From Endomicrobiia bacterium (GTDB lineage Bacteria > Elusimicrobiota > Endomicrobiia > DTEH01), in the NCBI GenBank assembly GCA_025059805.1, contig JANXDG010000065.1, positions 3,234 through 67,233 on the forward strand: a stretch of 64,000 bases of DNA. The letters are read 5' to 3'. Positions 28,127 through 35,757 of this stretch are shown piece by piece (position 1 is the stretch's first letter; each line of letters opens with the position of its first letter). A program made the position numbers and the translations under genes. The notes under the pieces were generated by a model that saw only the letters and a list, made by a program, of their open reading frames with translations, was not told where the DNA came from and searched no databases.

Positions 28127-29095
28127 TTATTTATATCGCACTCTAGGGTCAACGTAAGTATATAAAATGTCTGCAACAAAATTGCCCAACAAGGTAAGAA
28201 TGGCAGTAATTACACTTATACCCATAATTAATGGATAATCTCTTGACATTATCGCTTCGTAACCTAACCGTCCCATCCCAGGATACGCAAAGATTGTTTC
28301 GAAAATAAAACTCCCACCTATAATATCAGGCAAAGATAAACCTAGTATTGTCACCACAGGGATAAGTACATTTCTGAACGCGTGAAAAAAAACTATCCTA
28401 TTTTTTGTACATCCTTTACTTAATGCAAACTTTATATATTCAAAATTAAGTTGTTCAATCATACTTCCACGAATATATCTTGTAAGTCCTGCCAACCCAC
28501 CAAACGCAGAAATTATAACTGGCAATATCAAATGTTTTATAATATCTATAATCTGCTGATGTAGTGGTAAATAATCAAAGTTAATACTTCTTAGTCCAGA
28601 AATTGGTAAAATCCTAAGTTTAATTCCGAACAAGAGCATACACAACAATGCCAACCAATATTTTGGCAATGAATAACCCAAAAATACAATAAACGAAATA
28701 AATTTGTCCAAAAATTTATTTTGATACATAGCACATAAAATTCCAAGTAAACACCCGCCGAAAAATATTAGCCCTAACGACAAAATATTAAGCAACAATG
28801 TTGCAGGTAGCCTCTGTAATATTTTTTGTATTACTGGTTTTTCATCCTTAAACGATCTTCCAAAGTCAAATGTTACAAACCGTTTGAACCACTCAAGGTA
28901 TCTTATATGCAAAGGTTTATCTAAACCATAAAGTTTTATAAGCTTCTGTTTAGCCTCGTAAGAAATTTTTGACGAAAACTCCAACATATCCTGTGGTTTC
29001 CCAGGAGAAATGTTAATAACTAAAAATGTGACAAAACTTATACCAATGAATGTTATAAGCAATATCAATATTTTTCTTAATAAAAACTTAGCCAT
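28127..29095 (-). CDS. ABC transporter permease (OppB/DppB-like)
   Basis: MAKFLLRKILILLITFIGISFVTFLVI N-terminus, binding-protein-dependent permease fold, C-terminal YTYVDPRVR. Confidence 0.85.
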   Translation of the reverse strand: MAKFLLRKILILLITFIGISFVTFLVINISPGKPQDMLEFSSKISYEAKQKLIKLYGLDKPLHIRYLEWFKRFVTFDFGRSFKDEKPVIQKILQRLPATLLLNILSLGLIFFGGCLLGILCAMYQNKFLDKFISFIVFLGYSLPKYWLALLCMLLFGIKLRILPISGLRSINFDYLPLHQQIIDIIKHLILPVIISAFGGLAGLTRYIRGSMIEQLNFEYIKFALSKGCTKNRIVFFHAFRNVLIPVVTILGLSLPDIIGGSFIFETIFAYPGMGRLGYEAIMSRDYPLIMGISVITAILTLLGNFVADILYTYVDPRVRYK

Positions 29096-29217
29096 ACGAT
29101 TAGTTGTCCGAATTTAAATGTTATTTATATTATTAGTTTAAGTAAAATTTTATAAAACTTTAACATTTTTTTCTATATATTGAAATGAAACAAAAAATCT
29201 ATTAAAGTATAATAATT

Positions 29218-30342
29218 ATGAAAATTGCAAATTTCTTTTTTGTATTTATCATATTCATTTTTACCTCAAGTTGTGCCCAACAGTTAAAAAATCAAACCAC
29301 TACACAAAATATATTTGTTGGTAAACCAGAATTTGTACGTGGGATACATCTGTCGGCATGGGCTGCAGGTACAGAAAGTTTTAAAAAACGTTTTGCACCA
29401 TATTGGGGAAGAGAAAAACTTAACACTGTTGTTATTGCAGTGAAAGAATATGAAGGACAGGTTTATATTCCTGTTGAAGAAATTAAAAAAAAGTATAACA
29501 CACCTATAATACCTATACCAAAATTAGAAGAATATCTAAAAGAACTAAAATCAAAAGGTGTATATCCTATAGCACGTGTTGTTGTTTTCAAAGATAATTT
29601 TTTAGCAAAGAATTATCCACATCTTGCAGTAAAAACTCCTGAAGGTGGCGTATGGAAGGATTATAAAGGGAACTCGTGGACTGACCCTTATAACAAAGAA
29701 GTATGGGAGTATAATATTGAAGTAGCTAAGTCTGCGATACAAGTCGGATTTGAAGAAATACAATTTGATTATATTCGGTTCCCATCAGATGGTAACACAA
29801 AACTTTGTAGATATTCACAAACTCATACTTCAATGACAACCACTGCTGCGTTAGTAGGATTTTTAAAACTTGCAAAAGAAAAACTAAATCCTGTACCTAT
29901 ATCAATAGATGTTTTTGGTTTAACACCTTCTGTTAACCATGATATGGGAATAGGACAAAGATTTTTGCAAATGGCAGAAGTTGTTGACTATGTTTCTCCG
30001 ATGATGTATCCATCACATTATAGAAAAGGTGAATATGGCCTCCCTGACCCAAACAAAGAACCATACAAAACTGTATTTAGAACTGTTTCAGATGCAAAAA
30101 AACTTTTAGGTGAAAAAGTTTATAAATTAAGACCTTACTTACAAGATTTTTCGTTAGGATACAAATATGGACCACAAGAAGTTAAAGCGCAAATCAAAGC
30201 TTGTTATGACAATGGCGTGTTTGAATGGCTTCTGTGGGATCCCAAATGTAAGTATACTCTAGAAGCAATTGAAGAGATGACAAAATTTACACCTGCAAGT
30301 TATAAACAACATTTCTCCACTCTAACTAATACTAACTACTAA
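29218..30342 (+). CDS. DUF4015-type putative glycoside hydrolase (TIM barrel), probable lipoprotein
   Basis: Signal peptide ending FTSSC (lipobox-like). VRGIHLSAW, IARVVVFKD, FEEIQFDYIRFP and MMYPSHY recall the DUF4015 / GH-like family. Confidence 0.6.
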   Translation: MKIANFFFVFIIFIFTSSCAQQLKNQTTTQNIFVGKPEFVRGIHLSAWAAGTESFKKRFAPYWGREKLNTVVIAVKEYEGQVYIPVEEIKKKYNTPIIPIPKLEEYLKELKSKGVYPIARVVVFKDNFLAKNYPHLAVKTPEGGVWKDYKGNSWTDPYNKEVWEYNIEVAKSAIQVGFEEIQFDYIRFPSDGNTKLCRYSQTHTSMTTTAALVGFLKLAKEKLNPVPISIDVFGLTPSVNHDMGIGQRFLQMAEVVDYVSPMMYPSHYRKGEYGLPDPNKEPYKTVFRTVSDAKKLLGEKVYKLRPYLQDFSLGYKYGPQEVKAQIKACYDNGVFEWLLWDPKCKYTLEAIEEMTKFTPASYKQHFSTLTNTNY

Positions 30343-30553
30343 TTTCTAGCTAATCTATTATAATTTTATTTCTTTAATATCAGAATATAAACAAATACAA
30401 AACGCAAACCAATGTAGTAATTTCCTATCTTAATATTATGAACTCTTATCTTGAACTCGTTATCAAAATATTAAATTAACTCTTATATTGTAATTTTTAG
30501 TTTTTATTTATAATAAATTCTTTTTTCTTGATTTATACACTATCTATACATAA

Positions 30554-30582
30554 GTGTGGGACACAGTTTTTGTGCCCCACAC
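30554..30582. terminator. GC-rich hairpin between convergent genes (bidirectional terminator candidate)
   Basis: GTGTGGG-a-CAC agttttt GTG-c-CCCACAC. It is the only GC-rich stem in the 262-nt convergent gap, and T/A runs flank it on both strands. Confidence 0.55.
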
Positions 30583-30604
30583 AAAGTTTCTTACAAAAAT
30601 TGTT

Positions 30605-31138
30605 TTACTTAAAATAATATTTTATAGATAATCCGCCTAAACTAAGTCCACCAGTAGGACAAATCGTAGTAGAAGTTTGTGATACAGATACACCAGCAAC
30701 GGTTATCTTATCTGTTGTTGAAACAAAAGCAATTCCTACCATTGCACCTAAACTCACATTTGGTACCGCTTTAACAAAATATTCAAAATCTAACAAAACT
30801 CCAAGACCAAAAGCTGAAATATTCCTATCCTGCTGATTATATGCATTAGAACGTGAAGTTATTTCTAAACCAACACCTGCACTTATATTTAAACTACCTA
30901 CCGATTTCAAAACTTTTAATCCTTTAGCAGAAAGTGCTATCCCAGTATCAGTTGGTGCACCACCAGATACTGACGTCATAGAAAAATTAGCACCAACTTC
31001 TAATGCCATCTCTGGTTGCAACCAATAACGAACTACTGGGTGCCCTGCTTCCCATCCTAATGCTAAACTACCTTTATCAACTGCATAACATACTGCTGCT
31101 AATGATATACATATCAAAAGTATACTTATCTTTTTCAT
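30605..31138 (-). CDS. small outer-membrane beta-barrel protein
   Basis: Start at ATG 31138 (MKKISILLICISLAAVCYA signal peptide), preceded by AAAGGAG 9 nt upstream. The mature part shows alternating hydrophobic/Gly-rich beta-strand patterning (GVGLEIT, GLGVLLDFEYF, LGAMVGIAFV). Confidence 0.7.
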   Translation of the reverse strand: MKKISILLICISLAAVCYAVDKGSLALGWEAGHPVVRYWLQPEMALEVGANFSMTSVSGGAPTDTGIALSAKGLKVLKSVGSLNISAGVGLEITSRSNAYNQQDRNISAFGLGVLLDFEYFVKAVPNVSLGAMVGIAFVSTTDKITVAGVSVSQTSTTICPTGGLSLGGLSIKYYFK

Positions 31139-31198
31139 TGTATAAACTCCTTTCATAAAACTTTTTATAGTATACCTCTTCCACTTCAGAAAACTAAC

Positions 31199-31231
31199 GC
31201 ATCAAAAAATTACTCACCTCCTTTCTGATGC
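31199..31231 (-). promoter_or_regulatory. hairpin displaying a 13-nt perfect Shine-Dalgarno-like sequence in its loop, within the OMP leader
   Basis: The minus strand reads GCATCA-gaaaggaggtgagtaatttttt-TGATGC. AGAAAGGAGGTGA (31214-31226) is an exact complement of the canonical 16S 3' tail. Only a 2-codon ORF (ATG CGT TAG) follows. Confidence 0.3.
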
Positions 31232-31592
31232 ACAAATTTTAGTCCTCCGAGTGTTTAATCTTGCCAGGTACAGTGTTTAAAAATGCAGTTTATAACAATA
31301 CAAATGATTTCTTTTAGTACAAGAATGGATAATTGTTATAATTTCAAACTATAAGGTTAAAATTATTGTAATACCAGATCGCTGACGAGATTTATTAAAA
31401 CATAATTTCAGGTATTCCTAATTTAAGACGAGATACAAAATCATAAAATTAAATCAATTTATCCTTAAATTAAGTTTACCTAAAATTAGATGTGACTTTA
31501 TTTTAATAAACCCTCGGCAGTATATATGAGAAATTAAAGAACAATTATGTTATTATAGTAATTTATTTTTGTTTATAATATCAAAAGTAAAT

Positions 31593-32168
31593 TTAAAAAG
31601 TCAAGTGTTTAAGAAAAATTTTAACTATAGGTTTATATTCGGGACCTTCAGGTTTAAGGATGCTTTGAAAAAATGTTATACTGTTGACCTTACTGCTGCC
31701 AAAATGTTGATTCTTATATTTTTCAACATAATTAACTATTTCGCTAAGACGCCTTACCTGTTTTATCCTTGCAATGGTAAGATGTGCAACAAACTCTTTC
31801 TGTTCTTTGGCAAAACCTTTATTTGAAAGTTCATTATCAATAAAGTTTGCAAGTTCGCTAATTTTTTGAGCACCATCTTTTATCCCCAACCATAGAACAC
31901 GAGGAAAGTCTATCTTAGGAAATACGCCTATGCCTTCAATAATAATTTTGAATTCTTTTATATTTTTTACTACACTGTCCAGAACGGATTTCACGACCTC
32001 AACTTGTTTTTCGTTAATCTCGCCTAAAAACTTTAGTGTGATATGCAAGTTTTCTTTTTTTACCCAGGAGATTTTGTTGCTATCTATCTCGCGATAGGTC
32101 TTAAAAATAAAATCGCCTATAGTATCTAAAATATTTTTCTCAAGCTCTACTGCTATAAATGTTCTCAT
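31593..32168 (-). CDS. thpR: RNA 2',3'-cyclic phosphodiesterase (2H family, ThpR/LigT)
   Basis: 191 aa with the two H-x-T/S-x motifs HITLKF and HLTIAR at the expected spacing. Confidence 0.85.
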   Translation of the reverse strand: MRTFIAVELEKNILDTIGDFIFKTYREIDSNKISWVKKENLHITLKFLGEINEKQVEVVKSVLDSVVKNIKEFKIIIEGIGVFPKIDFPRVLWLGIKDGAQKISELANFIDNELSNKGFAKEQKEFVAHLTIARIKQVRRLSEIVNYVEKYKNQHFGSSKVNSITFFQSILKPEGPEYKPIVKIFLKHLTF

Positions 32169-32172
32169 TTCA

Positions 32173-32374
32173 GTGGATGCGTAAATGTGATAATGTGTAT
32201 ATGCGTAGATGCGTGAATGTGTAGATGTGATTATGTTTTACTTTAACACTCCTTATCTCTACACACTAAAACGTTCACACATTAACGCATCTACACATCC
32301 TCGTATCCACACATCAACATATCCTCACATTTTCACATCCACGCATCTACGCATTCACACATACACGCATCATC
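32173..32374. repeat. inverted arrays of a degenerate 8-bp repeat (8 units GTRNATGY, 34-nt spacer, 13 units RCATNNAC)
   Basis: Read directly from the sequence. Phase is kept without indels in both arms. The structure fills the cinA-thpR intergenic gap. Confidence 0.9.
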
Positions 32375-33650
32375 ATTTCCTACCACCCAAACGTAGCCTT
32401 AGCATATCAAGCGCAGTGTTTACAGCTTGTTCTTTAACTTCTAGTCTTGTACCAAGAAATCTGAAACATTTTGTTTCAAACTCTTTACCATCAAAAATAC
32501 AAATCCAAACAGTACCTACAGGTTTTTCCTTACTACCACCTGCGGGTCCAGCTATGCCTGAAATTGAAATACAATAATCAGCACCTGTTAAATTTTTAAC
32601 TCCGAGGCACATCTCTTTCACTGTTTGTTCTGATACTGCACCGTAAGTATCTAAAGTTTCCTTTTTAACACCTAAAAGTTTTGCTTTAAGAGTATTAGAA
32701 TATGCGACCACACCACCTAAAAAATAAAATGAGCTTCCTGGGATATTAGTGATTCTGTTCGCTAAAAGTCCGCCTGTGCAAGATTCTGCAACTGCTAATG
32801 TTTTTCTCTGTTTGCCCAACATCATACCAACAACATATTCTATAACTTGTCTTCCTTCAGCAAAAATTGTATTTTCGTATCCTGAATTTTTGAAACAATC
32901 GTAAATCTCTTTCTTTATCAAAGTAAGTTCTTCATCAACTTTAAGTTCATCATCGCCTGAAACTGTTATGTGAATATCAACGATGTTTAAATGTGACAAT
33001 ATAGAAAACTCTACATCTGAAGTATATTTACTTTCAATATCAACTACTGGTTTTATTATTTCTTGCACTTTAGATTCAGGCACATTACATATATGTAAAA
33101 CAGCTTCTTTTGTAACTTTTATCTGGAACCTCTGAAGTTGTGGAAAAACATATTCGTCAAACATTGGCTGTAATTCTCGTGGTGGTCCTGGTAAGATAAA
33201 TATTATTTTTTGTGATTTATCTTTTTTTACAACGATTTTTTGTCCTGGTGCATGACCAATTTTGTTAGGTAAAACTTCAGCACCTTCTATTACATAAGCT
33301 TGACGTTCTGCAAAAGGTGGCATTTCTTGATTTTTGTTTATAAAATATCTCACGATATTTTCATACACTTCGCGAACAAAAACTTGTTTTTTATTTAAAA
33401 TTTTAGCAATTGTTTCTACGGTAACATCGTCTAAGGTTGGCCCGATACCGCCAGTAAGTAAAACAATATCTGAAGTTTCAAAGTGAAAATTGAACACTGT
33501 ATTAAGAACAGTTGGATCGTCAACTGTAATAGAACAGAAATCAACTTTTAAACCAAGTGTTGAAATTTTTTTTGTAATATAAAAAAGGTTGGTATTAGGT
33601 TTTTCTTTTAATAATTCTGTACCTGTTGTAATGACTGAAACTTTTACCAT
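32373..33650 (-). CDS. cinA: CinA family protein (MoCF-type domain + nicotinamide-nucleotide amidohydrolase PncC domain)
   Basis: VITTGTELL and LTGGIGPTLDDVT in the N-domain. AVAESCTGGLLA and ISGIAGPAGG in the C-domain. Confidence 0.88.
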   Translation of the reverse strand: MVKVSVITTGTELLKEKPNTNLFYITKKISTLGLKVDFCSITVDDPTVLNTVFNFHFETSDIVLLTGGIGPTLDDVTVETIAKILNKKQVFVREVYENIVRYFINKNQEMPPFAERQAYVIEGAEVLPNKIGHAPGQKIVVKKDKSQKIIFILPGPPRELQPMFDEYVFPQLQRFQIKVTKEAVLHICNVPESKVQEIIKPVVDIESKYTSDVEFSILSHLNIVDIHITVSGDDELKVDEELTLIKKEIYDCFKNSGYENTIFAEGRQVIEYVVGMMLGKQRKTLAVAESCTGGLLANRITNIPGSSFYFLGGVVAYSNTLKAKLLGVKKETLDTYGAVSEQTVKEMCLGVKNLTGADYCISISGIAGPAGGSKEKPVGTVWICIFDGKEFETKCFRFLGTRLEVKEQAVNTALDMLRLRLGGRK

Positions 33651-33658
33651 TTGAATTA

Positions 33659-33952
33659 CTAATGTACAAACTTTGGAAGTTCCAACCTTGGTTCTGCTTT
33701 TATCTCACCAAATTTTTCTTCATATTTTCTTATATTATCCTGTAACGCGGTAAGAAATCGTTTTATATGTTGTGGTGATGTAATAACCCTTGCACGAACT
33801 TTTGCCTTAGGCATTTGTGGTTGAATAAATATAAAATCTAAAACAAACTCGTCCGGTGAATGACTTATTATCGCTAAGTTTGAGTAAACACCTTGCGCGG
33901 TGATATCATCAATCTCTATCTGAATTTCCTGAGGTTTTTTCTCCTGCTCCAT
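33659..33952 (-). CDS. DUF3467 domain protein
   Basis: 97 aa. GVYSNLAIISHSPDEFVLDF...PKAKVRARVITSPQHIKRFLTALQDNIRKYE resembles the DUF3467 family as I recall it. Confidence 0.55.
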   Translation of the reverse strand: MEQEKKPQEIQIEIDDITAQGVYSNLAIISHSPDEFVLDFIFIQPQMPKAKVRARVITSPQHIKRFLTALQDNIRKYEEKFGEIKAEPRLELPKFVH

Positions 33953-33986
33953 GTTTATTATCCTCCTTCTGCTATAACAGAAATAA

Positions 33987-34874
33987 TTAGTGAGAAAATA
34001 AATATACTAAGAGCGCCTTTTGTACATATAACCTATTTTCTGCTTGTTTTATAACAATAGAATTTTTTCCATCCAAGACATCGTCAGTGATTTCCATCCC
34101 GCGGTTAGCTGGTAAACAATGCATAACTATACAGTCAGGCTTTGCTAAATTTAAAAGTTTAGAATTAACCTGGTATGGTTTAAAAATTTTTATTCTTTTT
34201 TTCTGTTCTTTTTCTTGACCCATTGATATCCATACGTCTGTATATATTACATCTGCACCTTTAACTGCAGTTATTTCATCAGTTATTATAACATTCTTGT
34301 TGTTAACTTGCAGAGATTTAGGTTGATATTTTTTTGGAATAATAAAAGTTGAATTCATACCAAGGATGTCAGATATATAAATTAGTGACATACATACATT
34401 GTTTGCGTCACCAATATACACAAATTTTATCTTCGCGAGATCGTCCAACGAAATTTTTTTATATTGAAGTATAGTGTAAATATCAGATATAACTTGACAT
34501 GGATGTTCTTTATCACTTAACGCGTTAATAATTGGTATTTTAAGATATTTCGCAAATTCTAAAATTGTATCATGTTTGTTCACACGAAGTATTAGTCCAT
34601 CTAAGTAACAATTAAGCATATTAGCAGTATCTTTGATTGTTTCTCCACGGGAAATCTGAAGTTGTTTATCACTTAGTTCAATAGGTACACCGCCAAGTTG
34701 GTAAATCCCAACTTCAAAAGATATACGAGTCCTCGTTGACGGTTTCTCAAAAATTAAACCTATGTACCTGTTTGCTAACTGTAGAATTAGTTTAGTTTCA
34801 GTATATTTTGGTACTAAGCTGTATATCTCTTTTATTTGTTCTCTTGTTAAATCCCGCACACTTATCAGATTCAT
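33987..34874 (-). CDS. argF: ornithine carbamoyltransferase
   Basis: FEKPSTRTRISFE, HPCQ, DVWISMG and MHCLPANRG. SMG and HCLP distinguish OTCase from ATCase. Confidence 0.85.
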   Translation of the reverse strand: MNLISVRDLTREQIKEIYSLVPKYTETKLILQLANRYIGLIFEKPSTRTRISFEVGIYQLGGVPIELSDKQLQISRGETIKDTANMLNCYLDGLILRVNKHDTILEFAKYLKIPIINALSDKEHPCQVISDIYTILQYKKISLDDLAKIKFVYIGDANNVCMSLIYISDILGMNSTFIIPKKYQPKSLQVNNKNVIITDEITAVKGADVIYTDVWISMGQEKEQKKRIKIFKPYQVNSKLLNLAKPDCIVMHCLPANRGMEITDDVLDGKNSIVIKQAENRLYVQKALLVYLFSH

Positions 34875-34887
34875 AATTTTTAACCTT

Positions 34888-35757
34888 TCAAAAATATTTT
34901 TCTAATTTATCTTTGAGCATACCTGCAATTTTTTTATAAGCAGGTAAATTTAGTTCAGAGAAAGATTTACTTAATAATTTCAGTGTTTTTCCTGTAGGAA
35001 AAATTACTTTAATAATACCCTCGGTCCACAATTTCTCATTATCTAATATTTTTCGCCAGTACCTCAGTTCTAACTCCTTTATCTCTTCAAAACTTTCTTC
35101 TGGATTCTTGTCAAAATTAACTTCTGGTAACTCTGGTAAACTATCCTTCCAATTCTTCAGCCATTTTAACATCTTATCCCAAAATTCGGGTATTCCTAAA
35201 AAAGAAAATAATTCCTTACCATAAAACAAATAAATATTTATTCCATAAAATTCTTTCAACTTATTTATCTCGCTTTCATAATAATTCTTATTTTTTGCTA
35301 ACTCAGGATCTATAAAGTAAAAGATTGCTATGAGATTTTTACCATAGACTTTATACAAATAATCTATTTTTTGTTCAAAATTTTCTATCTGTCCACGCTT
35401 TTTAGAAGAGTCATGGTCATCTCTTAACTTTTGTTCTATCAAATAGAATAAACTATTCTTTTTAAAACACTGGTCAAACTTAAGTGTCATTTTTTTGTCT
35501 TTAGCCCTAATACTTTTTTCTAATATAACATAATCTAACCTTTTAATAATAAGTTCTAATATTTCCTCTATAGCATCCCCAAACTTGATCTCATTTGCTT
35601 GCAAAATGTGCTGTAAAATTTTCCCTAAGGGTTTCGTAGGTCTAAACAGTCCTATAAACCTTTCAGGATTTTCAGCAAGTGTTTCCAGCAAATCTACCTT
35701 CTGTTGTAATATGACATGCTTATTTAATATTTTTATAAATTCTTGATAAGATATCAT
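34888..35757 (-). CDS. putative type II restriction endonuclease (partner of the adjacent methyltransferase)
   Basis: 289 aa, family not recognised. Candidate PD-(D/E)xK core in LKFDQCFKKNSLFYLIEQKL (D-x13-E-Q-K). Its ATG overlaps the methyltransferase stop (ATGA). Confidence 0.5.
   Translation of the reverse strand: MISYQEFIKILNKHVILQQKVDLLETLAENPERFIGLFRPTKPLGKILQHILQANEIKFGDAIEEILELIIKRLDYVILEKSIRAKDKKMTLKFDQCFKKNSLFYLIEQKLRDDHDSSKKRGQIENFEQKIDYLYKVYGKNLIAIFYFIDPELAKNKNYYESEINKLKEFYGINIYLFYGKELFSFLGIPEFWDKMLKWLKNWKDSLPELPEVNFDKNPEESFEEIKELELRYWRKILDNEKLWTEGIIKVIFPTGKTLKLLSKSFSELNLPAYKKIAGMLKDKLEKYF

Noticed and set aside
30440-30464. Direct repeat GAACTCTTATC-TT-GAACTCGTTATC in the convergent gap after the DUF4015 gene.
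   Set aside because: It is short, imperfect and isolated, with no associated ORF or structure. It is probably a chance occurrence.
31214-31226. 13-nt identity of the plus strand (TCACCTCCTTTCT) to the 3' end of 16S rRNA. I considered it as an rRNA fragment or the edge of an rrn operon.
   Set aside because: The flanking sequence has no further resemblance to 16S (the upstream sequence is AAAAAATTAC). I interpret it instead as an SD-like element on the opposite strand (see the finding on the OMP leader).
31383-31390. CTGACGAG, resembling the hammerhead ribozyme CUGAUGA core.
   Set aside because: It has a one-base deviation, no matching GAAA box and no three-helix junction nearby. A short motif like this is expected by chance.
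31569-31826. 85-aa plus-strand ORF starting in the long intergenic region.
   Set aside because: Most of it is antisense to thpR. It has a low-complexity, Phe/Lys/Ile-rich sequence and no RBS.
32209-32577. 122-aa plus-strand ORF with a His/Thr/Pro-rich repetitive N-terminus (…THPRIHTSTYPHIFTSTHLRIHTYTHHH…).
   Set aside because: Its repetitive part is simply the translation of the octamer array. The rest lies antisense to the well-supported cinA C-terminus. It has no RBS and no recognisable fold.
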